Shown here: positions 50,608 through 64,000 of the stretch, one piece after another
Numbering within the stretch: position 1 is the stretch's first letter
Layout of the letters: each line of letters opens with the position of its first letter
Assembly (NCBI GenBank): GCA_002104945.1
Contig: MCFH01000017.1
Location: 1-64,000, forward strand
From: Piromyces finnis finn
Lineage: Eukaryota; Fungi; Neocallimastigomycota
Direction of reading: 5' to 3'
Length of the DNA stretch: 64,000 nt
Position numbers and translations under genes: made by a program
Notes under the pieces: generated by a model
What the model saw: only the letters and a program-made list of their open reading frames with translations
What the model was told of the DNA's origin: nothing
Database searches by the model: none

Positions 50608-53414
50608 TACTTAATGATTAGACAAAGAAATATAAGAGTATTAAGGGTATAAAAAAAATCTTAATATATAAATATTATTTATTATCAAATCCAGAAATAC
50701 TTACAGTTTTTTCATCTTCAACAAGTTGGAAATCCCAGAATTTAACATCCTTATCAGCACTACCAGTAACAAAACCCTTTTTATCTGGTCTTATTTGTAA
50801 TGACCAAATAGCACCATCGTGAGCATCGATACTTTCAATTAAGGATGATGAAGAAATATCGTAAATTTCTAATTGACCAGTTTTGGTACCGACAATAACC
50901 TTTATTATATAATTATAATTATCAACAACAACCATAAATTTAATATCATAATGATTTAATTATATAAATAATTTATATTTTATATTTTAATAATATATAT
51001 AAATATAATTATTATATAAAAAAATTACATGTTTGTTTCCTGGTACGAATGCACTACATAAAGCATATCCTGAATCTAAGGTTCTAATACATTGTTTTGT
51101 ATGTAAATTCCAAATTTTAATAGCATCTATTTTTTATATTTGTAATTTATAATTTATATTAATTTTAAAAGTATATTAATATAGGCAAATCTAATTTAAG
51201 CTTTTTTTTTTTTTCATCATCCATATTTATGAATAATAATATAATTAATTCTTATATTTTATTTTATTTTTTTTTTTTTTGATTCTTACTGTTTGATCCT
51301 GATAATAACATTTCATCATCTGAACTTAAAGCTAAAGTTCTAATATCTGATCTGTGACCATGTAAATCAATAACAGCATTTTGAACAGTTGGTTGTTCAG
51401 CTGATTGTAATCCTGATGTATAGACTTCAATAGAATTATTACTTAAAGCAGCCATAATCTTATATTATTAAAAAAAAAAAAAGTGATGATTTAATAATTG
51501 TCCTATTTTATCCTTTAATTATTGAATATCTTCAATAAATAGTAGAAAGAAATTAAAAAAAAATTACATTAAATGAACCATCTTTGTTAAGACTGTTTTT
51601 AAAATCAAAGGATTTTATTTTTGAACTGGCTTTAATTAAAGTTAAAGCTACAACTTCATCAGCAAAAGTTGGTTTTTCATTTTCTTCAACAACAGGTTTT
51701 TCTTCTGTTTTTTCACCATTTTTATTTTTCTTACTCTTTTCTCTTTGTCTTCTCTTTCTTCTAGCTATTTTCTTTTTTATTTCTTCTTCTGTTTGAACCT
51801 TGAATAATTCTATGTTTCTATCAGCACCCTTTTAATTATTATTATAGTTTTATGTAATAAAAATTAGATTTGTTAATATTATAAATACTTTACAATTTTT
51901 CCTTTAATTATTATTTATTTATATATATTGTAAGTTGGTATAATCCGTGTATAATTAATTACTTGACAACCAAGATATCTTCCTGATGGATGGAATTTTA
52001 ATGTACCAACACGTTCCTTGCTAGCACGGGCAATAGATCCACGATATTTTATAGCCTTTTTTAACTAATTGTAATTATAATTACATAAATATAAAATAAA
52101 TAATATAAAATATATTGGAAATTTAAGTGATTAATAGAACACATTTTATTATTATTAATATTAACATTATAAAAATAAATAACAATAAATTATTTATTAG
52201 AGTACATTTAAAAAAAAGTTAACTTACAGTTTCAGTTTCTGCATCAATTTCGAGATTATCTAAACCTTTTACAAGGGTTTCAGTATCAATATCCCAGAAT
52301 TTAAGTTCTTGGTCTAAAGCACCAGTGACAATTAAATTTTCATCTTTATTAACATCTAAACCCCAAATTTCACTACGATGACCAATAAGGGTCTCTATAC
52401 AATGTTGAGTGGTTAAATCCCATAATTTTATTAAAGTATCTTTTGAAACGGAAATTAAATGATTAGCTCCGTTTAAATTTAAGAATTTTAAACCAGTAAT
52501 TTGATCTTTGTGACCCTTTAAACGATATAAACCTTGTTCTGAAATAACATCCCAAACAATTAAATCAGTATCTCTTGAACCTGATGCTAAATATGAACCA
52601 GTATTATTGAAAGCTAATGAAGTAACTGCTGATTTGTGACCATTGAAAGTAATAATTAATGAATTTGTTGAATACTTCCATATACGAATAGATCCATCGG
52701 AATAACTATTTTTAAATTTCATTATAATTTCAAATTTAAATAAATACGATTATTGATTATTTTGTGTATTATTGTGTATATTGTCATTTATATATATATA
52801 TGATTAATAAACAACGTATAAAAAAAAAGTATATAAAATATATAATATATATAATTAAAATCAATATTTTAAATAATTATAATAGTGTTTTTTTTTTTAA
52901 AAAAAATTAATATTGGTAATTATTTTATATTAATTTTGAAATTTAATTTTAAAAAGTTTTCCTTTCTCTTTTGTTTTTATATATATGGTTTAATGAAAAG
53001 GTTTCTTTTCTTTTTTTTTTTTTTTGTTATCTTTTTTTTAATATTTCACGAATTGAATTATTTACATATTTATTTGAATTGATACGTTCAATTTTATTAT
53101 ATATATATAAAAAAAGGAAATTTCATTCTAATTATAAATAATAATTTAATATATATATTTTCATTTTAAAATCCATACCCAACTGCATAATCATCTTTAT
53201 TTGGACTTTTTAATATTGCTGTAACTTCAGCTTTATTATCTACATCATGCCAACAAGCAGTTTCTAAACCTGTACGAATATTCCAAACTTTAGCATCTTC
53301 TAATGATGGTGTAATAATATGAGTTCCTTCTTCATTATAAACTGAATTTGAATTTCCACTTGCTATAACACCAAAGCAAGAGTCTTTAACGTAACGTAAA
53401 TATGTTTTTACCAT
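48805..53414 (-). CDS. UTP12: WD40-repeat SSU processome protein Utp12/Dip2 (WDR3), multi-exon
   Basis: N-terminal MVKTYLRY, many WD repeats ([25 protein letters not shown]; [34 protein letters not shown]), [13 protein letters not shown] and C-terminal [13 protein letters not shown] pieces at 53166, 52219, 51264, 50675, 50165 and 49614. Confidence 0.93.
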
Positions 53415-54682
53415 TATTTATATATATATATTACTTATTATTATAATATCAAAATTTATTATTGAAAATAGTTTAAAAAATAAATATATAAAATTGTAAT
53501 AATACTATAATTTTTAATTAATATTATAATAATGAATGTTAAAATTTGTAAAAATCTTTAAAAAAAAAAAAAGAAATATTTTGTTACCAAAAAATTAAAT
53601 CTTTAAAATGATTGGTTAAAATAACAAAATAATTGTAAAAAATTTAAAGGAAATTTTAAAAAAAATAGTATTTATATAAATATAAAAGTTAAACTATTTA
53701 AATATTTAAATAGTAATATTATGAAGAAAAAGAAATGAAAACATTTATTATTATTTGTTGATATTTTTATAAACGAATATAATAATATAAACTTACATTT
53801 CAGTTATTTCATTCAAATTTTAAAGTAAAGCTATATAAAGAATTTCTTGTTTTAGAGCAGAGGTGAATCAGTAAAGTAAATAATTTTTTAATTTTGATGT
53901 ATTGTTTAAAGGTTAGGTTAATACACTATTATATAGTATTTATTAAAAGTAATTTTGTTGTTATTCTTACTTTTATATTTTATTCATAAAGCCAATATTT
54001 AAAAAATTGCTTTAAATATTTCATTATATCCTTAGTATTTTAATATTAATACACGTCATAAACTTGTAGTTTGTTTTTATAATCCTTTTCATAATTAATA
54101 AAATAATTATTAATACCTTAACAGACCTTTGCATAATTAATTTTTTTTAAAAAAGAATTAGATTAGTAAATTCAATTTTCTTGTTAATAGTACTGTGTAT
54201 ATATAAATGTTTTCCTACTTTATATATACATATATAATAAGGAAAAAGTACTCAACAACGTAGAAATAAAAATTTAAAAAATTATTTCGTTATAAAAAGA
54301 GTGGTTAAAAAAACTTTTTTTTTTAAAAAATAGTGCGGCATTTAATTAAATATTGGCAAAATATTTATAATAAAAAACATTGTGATAAAATACATAAATA
54401 GCCGTAACAACAACAATAATAATAATTATAACCACTACTACCATCCACCACAATAATAATACTAAACATTGATTTGTTTTCTAATTTCTATAGTATTAAG
54501 TCTTTCTTTTTTTAAATAATTAAAAATGATTAGTGGAATGCATTATTCTTTAGTTATTTATTTAAAAAAAAAAAAGAAATCATATTGGATGTTAAATAGT
54601 TATTATAACCATTACCATTAAAGTATAAAAAACAACAACTATTAATTCATTTATAATTAAAAAAAAGTAAACTTTTTAATTA

Positions 54683-54770
<88 letters not shown>

Positions 54771-54800
54771 AAATAAATAGATAGATAAATAAATAAATAA
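54683..54800. repeat. (TAAA)n microsatellite, degenerating to ~54900
   Basis: Direct tandem TAAA array. Confidence 0.95.
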
Positions 54801-56461
54801 CTAAATAAATAAATAAATATAAATGAATAAAACTAAATGAATAAATGAATGAATGAAAAAAAATAAATAAATAAATAGATAAACAAATATAAATGCATAA
54901 ATAATTATAAAATAAATAAATATCTATTGATTAATAAGTAAATGTAAATATTAGATATTAAATAAATTATTAGTATCTCTTTTTAATAATAATTTCAATA
55001 TCAAAAATATATATGACATAAATATATTAGAGTATATTTTATATATTTCCATTTTAATTCTATATAATTTTTATATTAATTATTCTTAGTCTCATATATT
55101 AATATATTAAATAAAACATTAAAAACCAACCTTTCATATTCATTTTAATAATCGAGTCAATTATTTTTATATTATTTATTTATATTATAATATATTATAC
55201 CATATATTAATAAATTACACAAACTATAAGAATTTTATATAGAAACAAATCAAATAATAATAAGAAATATATTATTATTTAAAGTTTTAACTTACACCGC
55301 AAAAAATGGAAAAATTTTAAAAAAATTGTGGTGAAATTTTAGGAAAAAACAAAAGACAAAATTAGGCAATAATTATTAATAAAAAAAGGAAATAAAAATT
55401 AAAATAAAAAAATTTTTTTATTTTATTTATAAACTTTTTTTTTAAAAAAAAAAGAAATAGAGAAGTTTATAAAAGTCCACTTTTTAAATATTATTTAATA
55501 ATTAAAAAAAAGAAAACAATATAATAATATATAATAAATAAATATAAAGGTAGGAATAAGAAAAGTAAAAAAAAAGGATTTACAAAAGAATAATCTTTTA
55601 TTAAGTATTCATCAATTATTATCAATGAAATGAACATTTATTTTTTCGTTACCTTTATCAACTCAAGATAACATAAAATATATTAATTGTACAAATTGCT
55701 AGAGAAATGGAAAAAAAAATTAAGAAGGGCATATTCATTTTTATTCAATATCGATAAATAGCATTTCAATTAATTAAACAAAAAGCAATAATAAAATTAA
55801 AAATTTTATATGAATATTCAGTAATAATAAACAAACTAATTTTACTTTTGCATTTATCATTAATTTATGAGAAAAGTGTAGAAATCAAGATGAAGGAATC
55901 AATAGTATAAATACATGAATGTGTATATTTTCAATTAAAATATAATCAATTTAATATAAAATGAATTAGTATATAAAATGGGGAGGTGAACCAAATTTTT
56001 TTTAAAATTGAAATTCATTTAAAGAAATTTACTGGAAGAGTAAGAATATAATTAATGTGTAATAATAAAGTTAAAAAACCAAGACAAATTATTATTTTAT
56101 TCAGTAATGCATTATGAATAACCGAAAAGAAATAAATAATACCTAATAATAAAATTTTACTTTTAATTCATAAATTGCAAATTAAAATATTTTATATAAA
56201 AATTGTTTAAAGTAACAGCAGCATACCACATTTCATATTAAATATATATACTTTTTGAAATTATTATATTCAGAATATATAAAATAATACTTTAAATTTA
56301 ATAATATTAAAATTAGTTTTTTTTTTTTTTTTTTTTTTTTATTATTTATATATGAGAGATTGTATCTAACTATTTGCCCATATGCTTCTTTATATATTCA
56401 CATATATTTATTGTATAATTAGATTCAAAAAAAAAAAAAAAAAAAAGTTTAGTCATACAAA

Positions 56462-57506
56462 ATGAATGGATATGCAGATACTCCAGATGTTTCACAACTT
56501 ACCTTATCTAGAACCACTACACCTTCTTCTGAATTTGTAGTGTTTGTTTCAAATATTATTCAAGGTTTATGGCGTAATGTTGAAATTGGTGAAGTTCGTG
56601 AAAAGGTTTCCAAGAATGAACGCCAATCTTTCCAAACTTATGTATATAGAGTAATGCGTAGAGCTAAACTTAGTTATGCAGCTATTATTATTGCTTTAAA
56701 TTATATTAATTTGCTTTCAAAAAAAAGAGATCAAATGCCAAGTCTTAAAATAAGAACAGCTGAATGTATGGCTACAGAAGAAGCTAGAATTGTTGTAGTT
56801 TCTTTCATTCTTGCTAATAAACATTTCTATGATCATGCTTACCGTAATAAGACATGGTCAAAAATGACTGGTATTGATAAAAATGTATTGTATTATTGTG
56901 AAAAAGAAGCTCTTGCTGCATTAAATTATGATTTAACTGTTTCACCACAACGATACACTGAATGGTTATCTACTTTAGAAGCCACGTATGAATTTTTATA
57001 AATAATTTTAATATGATATTTTTTGATTTTTTATTAATTTATATATTATATAATTACTAATATTTTTATATTTTCTTCATCTCTATTCATTATATATATA
57101 TAAATAATAAAAAACTCCATGTTCAATTATGAATTATTCCTTATATTGTCTACCTTCTATTCATTATATATAAATAATAAAAAAATTTCTTGTTCAATTA
57201 TGAATTATTCCTTATATTGCCTACCCAACCCATATCTTCTATTTATTATATATATATTTCAAAATATCGCATAAAAATCTCATCCTTTTATAATCATAAT
57301 AATTCAAAAATCAATTACATTAAAACAGTTCAAATGTTATAACAGACGATATAGATAGTTTAAATGAAACTATATCAAATCAATATAATAAAGCTACTTC
57401 CCCAATGAAACAAAATAGTGCATATTCATTAAATGAAGAGAATATAAATGCAAAAAAATTTGAAACAGCAACATTACCAAGAAATTTCGAATCTGTTGTT
57501 AATTAA
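56462..57506 (+). CDS. Pho85/Pcl-type cyclin-like protein (2 exons)
   Basis: Cyclin box: YVYRVMRRAKLSYAAIIIALNYI...SFILANKHFYDHAYRNKTWS..EKEALAALNYDLTVS. Donor GCCAC|gtatga at 56986 and acceptor cag|T at 57328 give an in-frame second exon 57329-57506 that the ORF track lacks. Confidence 0.85.
57087..57224 (+). repeat. ~70-bp tandem duplication within the cyclin intron
   Basis: ttcattatatata..aataataaaaaa....tgttcaattatgaattattccttatattg.ctacc occurs twice in succession. Confidence 0.85.
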
Positions 57507-58189
57507 TAAATAATTAAATTTCTTATGTGAATAGTTATATATATATATATAAATTAGAAGAAAAAAAATATACTTTAAAAAAAAAAAAACAAAAAAATCA
57601 GTAATAGAAGAATTCATTTTCATTATTGTTTTTTTTCCACTAAAGATTTTAATTTTTTTTTTTTTTTTTTTAAAAAAAGAATAATCAAAATGAATTAAAA
57701 TATAATAATATCAATAATAATAATAATAAAAATATATTCAATTTTATATTTATTAGTTATTATGAATATTATTATATTTAACGGTTTATATAGTATTATT
57801 ATTTTTTTCTTCTTCATTTTATTATATCTTTAAAGTAAGAATCATATTTTATTTTCTTTTCTTTTTTTAAAACAAATTTATATTCCCCCCTTTTTTTTTT
57901 AAATTATTTATTATCTTGTAGTTAAAAAAGTTCAAAAAATCTTTATATTATTTCTATATCAATAAATTGTTTAAATACCATCATTTTATATCATCATCAT
58001 TATTTTAATAAATAATTTATGGTTATAGAATATTTTTATAAAAAGTTAAAACCTTTTTTTATTTTTATTTTTTTTAAAAAAAGTAAAAAAAGATATATAA
58101 AAATATATAAATATAGATATTAACAAATTAATCAGTAAAACAACAAAGGATAAAAACAAACAAACAAACCATTAATTGTATAAAAAAGA

Positions 58190-58225
<36 letters not shown>

Positions 58226-58550
58226 GAAAATCAATTTAAAATCAAAGTTTTTTTTATATACTTTATCATCCAAATAATCATAAACATTACTATTACTATA
58301 TACAAAATAGAAGAACCAAACATATATAGGAAAAAACGATAATACAAAACTACCAATAATAAATTATACCTTTTTGGAAAAGTTTAGAAGAAAAATAATA
58401 AATAGAATAGAAAAAAAATTGTATAAATAATATCATACCAAAGATAATACAACTTTATATATAAAAATATTCTAATGTTTTTAAACTATATATTAACAAA
58501 TGAAAAATAATTTATTGATAAATAATCATTTAATTTTTTAGTCTTTTAAT

Positions 58551-58690
<140 letters not shown>

Positions 58691-59283
58691 ACAAATCTAT
58701 ATAATAATGATACTTTCTTTTTATCCCATAAATAACTGGGCTTTTAATTCATAATAAATATTAGTTTTTAATATGCTTTGATATAAATTTTAATACTATA
58801 AAAGAATTGTAATAATTAGATTGGTTTAAAAAGTAGACTTTTTTTTTTTTTTTATATATGTATATGTAAAGTTAATATTTATATAACAGAGTAGAATGGT
58901 ATAACTAAAAAAAAATATATATATTTATAAAGAACAAAATATTTTAAACTTTCTTTGGTTTGTTTTTCTCAAAGACTAAAAAATCAAGAGAAAATCTTTT
59001 ATTTTATAATTTATATCCATTTTTTTTTTTTCCTTTCCATTTATGAAAATACATATTATATTTATAAATATTCTATTTCTTTTCATAATATATTATATAT
59101 ATATTTAAATAAATTAATAATTAAAAGAAAAAAGAACGTTAAAAAAAAAAAAAAAACTAACAATATTATACAACTACTTTTGATCCTATCCTACAAATAG
59201 AACTCAAAAAATTAAAAGTAAAAAAAAAATTATAAATAGGAATAATTTAATATATATAATATATATATTCTCATATTTTTATT

Positions 59284-61499
59284 TTAAAAAGTTAAAATAT
59301 GAGAATATTCTGAATCCCATGTTTTGCAGATATTAGAATTATTGGATTCATCGTTATTAGCTTCAGCACCATTATTTAAAATTAATGTATTATCTTCCAT
59401 TAAAATGGATGGATCGATGGCTTCCTTTTCCAGTTCATTGGTTAATGTACAGTTACTTTTGGTTTCATCATCGGAATAACAACAACAACTTTCAGATGAA
59501 TTTACTCTTTTTAATTTTTGGTAGGAAGAAGATTCTGGTTTTTTCATTTCTATAGGGTTAATATTATTATTATGGGGGGCTTCGGAAAATAATTCATTAT
59601 TTCTAGATCTAGATTCGCCATCTGAATAGAAAACATTTTTCTTTTTACTGTTATTATAATCATTATTATTTTCTGATATAGAATTTTGTTTTAAATTATT
59701 TACAAGGAAAGGGTCCTTAGCAGATTTAGTTTTTGAAGAGTAAAGGGTAGATTCGTGTAAAGGACTATTAATATATTCATCATTCATTAAATTTTTACTG
59801 ATATTTACCAAGGGTTTATTTGGAGTTATGTTATTAATGACATTGGCCGTAGAGGAAGGAAAGGGATGACTATTTAACGATTTACTTAAATAGTCATAAC
59901 TGTTCATATCAGTTAATTTTGAGGCTGATGATGAGAATAATAAGGTTTCATTTCTATAGTCATTTTTATTGTTTATTAACAAGGTACTGTTTAATATTTT
60001 TGGAGATGCGGTTACTGGCGTGGCGGCTTTTACTAAAGGAGAATTACGAGCGGGTGAATTTGCTGTTTTAATGAGTGGTGAATTAACTATAATAGAATTG
60101 GAAGAAAGAATAGAATTTTCTGGTTTTCCATGGGAAGAAGGCATATTTATACTAAAGGAAGAGAGTGGTGGAGTATATAAGCAAGAAGGTGAATTAATTC
60201 TTATTGGGGAATTTAAACAAGTTGGTGAAGCAACATAAATTTGGTTTGGTCCCATACTATTATTAGAATTTGCTAATAAAGTAGCATTAGCATTATTTTT
60301 TAATAAAGAAGTATGAATAGATAAGTTTGGTTTCTTTTTATTCTTTGGTAAAGTAATCACATTCCAATCAATTCCTTCAAAAAATTCATGATTTTTTAAC
60401 TCTATTAAGTTATTAGAAAAAAACAATAAGAATAATTGAATATAAGAAGAATGATATCAATAGGGGATGTAAAGAAATATTAATTAATAAAAAAATTAAT
60501 AAAAATAAATATATAAGAAATATTATCAATAAAAGGAATATTATAATTGACTATATATTAAACTATTATATCTATGAAAAAAAAAAAATACCTTCAATAG
60601 TAATTCTAGAATATACATCTGGATTACAACATTGATAAAAAATATCGTAGAGTGGATCATAAATTTCATCTGTATCATATAATATAACCGTATTTTCCAA
60701 AATATTATACATGGTTTCGTAGTAATCATCAATTTCATCATCTGAAAATGGATAATGACCCGTAACCATAAAGAATAAAAGAACACCAAAAGACCAAATA
60801 TCGGATTTTTCAGAATAACAATTATCCACTAAAACCTCCGGGGCAATAAAATCTAATGTACCAATAATATTTTTTTTGTTAATATCATCAGGATCAACCT
60901 CAGGATATTCTTCAAATGAAGAGCATTTTGGAATATTATTTGGATCAAATACAGTAGCACAGCCAAAATCCTATTTTTTATTTTTTTTTTTTTTTTTTAT
61001 TTTTTTTATTTTTATTAGTTTTCAAATAAGTATAATAAAAAATTTTTAAAATAATATTTTTAAAATTTTCAATATCTATCTATTTATGATGAATAAATAA
61101 AATGAATGAATAAAGGAAATGAATAAAGCCTTACAATAATTTTGACAGTTCCGTTAGGTTGAATTAAAATATTATTATCACTTAAATCACGATGTAAAAC
61201 ACTATGACTATGAATAAATGATATTGTTGATAAAATTTGTGCTAAAATTAATCTGATTGTATTAATATCTGTAAATGGTCCCATTTCATTAACAATAGCT
61301 CTTAATGATTCTTAATAATTATATAATAATTAAAAAAATTAATAAAAAATTGTTTCAATTGTAATTCTATTATGTTATTTAATTCATTCTCTTTTTTTTT
61401 TTTTTTTTTTTTTTTCAAACTTACTTCCTTTAACACTATCCATTAACTATCATATATTGTAATAAAATTATATATATAAAGTTTATTTAGTTTTTTTAT

Positions 61500-61532
<33 letters not shown>

Positions 61533-61947
61533 ATTATAACCTTTTACTATTTTATATAATTTTTTTTTCTAAAAAAAAAAAAAAAATACATACAATATAA
61601 AAGTTATCTTTATCTTCTCTATCACCAACGTAACGAGGAATACCAGAACATTGACCTGTACATACTTTTTTCATTGCCGTAATTTCTTTTAAAGCTTGAC
61701 TTCCAAGCATTTTATTTTTATTATTATCACAAACTTCATCATTATTGGTATTACCATCATTTTGTTTTTGAATTTCAATCATATATTTACTAATAGATTC
61801 TTTTGGAATTGTTTTTAATGCAGCTACACCACCTTTTGTTTTTTCTTTAACTAATTGTACACTTCCAAAAGTACCTTTTCCTAAAGTATCAACAACTGAA
61901 AGTCTTGAGAAAGGTAAACATAAAGAATTTGTTTTAACTTTATCCAT
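59284..61947 (-). CDS. Ser/Thr protein kinase, AGC-like, with long Ser/Asn-rich C-terminal tail
   Basis: LGKGTFGSV, AALK, HRDLSDNN, DFG, GTLDFIAPE, DIWSFG and HEFFEGIDW across exons at ~61947-61592, ~61445-61427, ~61312-61136, ~60970-60593 and ~60405-59284. Confidence 0.9.
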
Positions 61948-64000
61948 TTTTTCCCTCCTTTTTTTTTTTAATATCTATGTAATATTGTTTTGATTAGTTA
62001 TATAATTTAATTATAGGTTTTACTTTTATTATATATACAATATAATGATATATGATAATCTAATTTCATTAATTATTAAAAATAATAATAATAAATAATT
62101 ATAATAATAAATGTTAATATTCATTATTAATATAGAATATAGTGTGTTATGGTTATTTTATCAGTTCAAAATTATTTTATTCATTTTTATACTGACATTT
62201 TATTTTATTTAAAATATTAAGTTGATTTATTTTACAAGTTTATTCTTTATAAAGAAAAAAATTATTTCCTTCTAGAGACTATTTTTTTACCCAATATTAT
62301 AAAAAAAAAAATAGTTGTGTGTTGCGTGTGTGCGTGTGTATATGTGTCGTTGTATTTTTATATATAAATATTAATACAATATTTATTTACACTACTATTA
62401 TTATATAATAATAGTATTTTTTACTTTTTTTTTTTTTTTTTTTTTTTAATTATATATATATAAATATATATATATATAGTTTTTTTTTTTTTTTTAATTA
62501 TGCCTATATTCCAATTAGAAAAAAAAAGCCTTTAACAATAAAATGGAAAACTATTCCTATTTATATTAATTTTATTATTTAATTTTATTTTATATTAAAA
62601 TTTTATTTACTCTTTTTTTTTTAAATTTTCAAAAGATATTATTAGTAGTATTTTTTATTAGTGTAAATTACTTATTAATCAATATATATAATTATTATTT
62701 TTTTATAATCTATAATAATAGCTCTTATTGATTGTTTAACTATTCATTGTATGGTTATTATTTCATTATATTTCAATGTAATTATTTTGTTGTAAATTTT
62801 ATGTTATTCTATATCATGTTGTTTTATTGTGTCATATTTTTCAATGATTTAATTTTTTTATTTTATAAACTAAATATTATATATTATACTATTTATATTA
62901 TATTATTGATAATAATAATATTAAATATTATACCATTCCATTATTACTAACTTAAACCGATATTTAAAAAAAAAAAAAACTATTATTAAAAGACCTTTTA
63001 CATAAACTATTTATAAAATGCTTTCTTTTTTAGTTTGAGTTGTTACTCTTTATTTTTAATATTAATTCATTATAAAAGGTAAATTAATTTAATTAAAATT
63101 AAAGAATTATTAATTAAAATTTAATATAAATAATTATGATTTAATAAATTAATTCCACATTAAATTCCAACATATAAACTTTAATAATTAATAAAATTAA
63201 TCATTTTTTAGATGAAATTACAAACTTTAATTAATAATAAATTTAAAATTGATCATTGATAGTATAAATTGACCATTTAGATAGGAATAAAAAAAAAAAA
63301 CTCTAAAAAAAAATAATTTTATATATTATTAATACTATTCAATATATATAAATTATATTGATTTAATTAAATTAATCTATTCTATTTTAATTAAAAATAT
63401 TTTAAAGTTTTGAATTGTACTACCAACATCAAAAAAAAAAAAAAAAAAAGGTAGGATAAACTAACAAGTTTCTATATAATAAATGATGCTAATAATCAAT
63501 GGATGTTAGTTATTCTTAGAGTAGGTTATTTAAATAATCACATGCATTTTTTTTTAAAATTGATAAAAGAAAAATTATGTCGTTTACTTGATAATAATAA
63601 AAAAAGGGTCAAAATATGTTAATATGAATATATTTATGTATATCTATATTTATATATACACCCTATCTACCTACCTTTTAAAAAGAAAAATAAGGTAAGT
63701 AGATATGGTATGGTATGTATATATAAATAAATAAATAAATAAATAAATATGATTTAGAAAGAAATGAACTGTATCAAAATGTTGAGATGATAAATAAATA
63801 GACTATTATAATACTTTATTTTTTCTATTGAATTAAAAAATGTGACATCATGTAACAAAGTTAAATATTCAAACATTCTCTTATAAAGATATATTAAAAA
63901 CTATTAGAAAAAAAGTAGCTGAAAAAGAATATAAAGGAAATTCTAAATTCTATTATAATTTTATAAATTTCAATATTAATATTATTTATTTAAAACTATG

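Overview
Extremely AT-rich, intron-rich eukaryotic DNA with GT-AG introns and long A/T homopolymers. Composition and gene style point to an anaerobic gut fungus (Neocallimastigomycota); this is an inference. The first ~22 kb is an accessory region. It starts with a decayed gene for a Ser/Thr-rich, possibly secreted toxin-like protein carrying a 7x hendecad repeat (78-3080), cut by a LINE retrotransposon fragment (~3085-4100). Then comes a cluster of five paralogous single-pass LRR receptor-like genes (4581-21914): four look intact and one is a pseudogene. The four intact copies share an 8-exon plan: Cys N-cap exon (with a signal peptide in three of them), six one-LRR-per-exon phase-2 exons, and a terminal exon with C-cap, TM and an Asn-rich tail. 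The tails have no kinase or TIR domain; three carry PY motifs and a shared SPTM..GY motif, and all four carry pseudo-repeats. The ORF track misses almost all of the LRR exons. The rest (25-62 kb) is mostly housekeeping: RPL30, an NCS/frequenin-like EF-hand protein, a SANT protein, RPL41 (not in the ORF track), a tetraspanin, a Cys-rich single-pass protein, DNAJC9-like, a LIM protein, SAP18, RPS10, UTP12/DIP2, a Pcl-type cyclin and an AGC-like kinase. There are also a MITE-like foldback, an unexplained structured GC-enriched island (24.0-24.6 kb), a bistable hairpin (36.3 kb) and microsatellites. No rRNA, tRNA or CRISPR array was recognised. All gene models were spliced by eye and boundaries may be off by a few bases.
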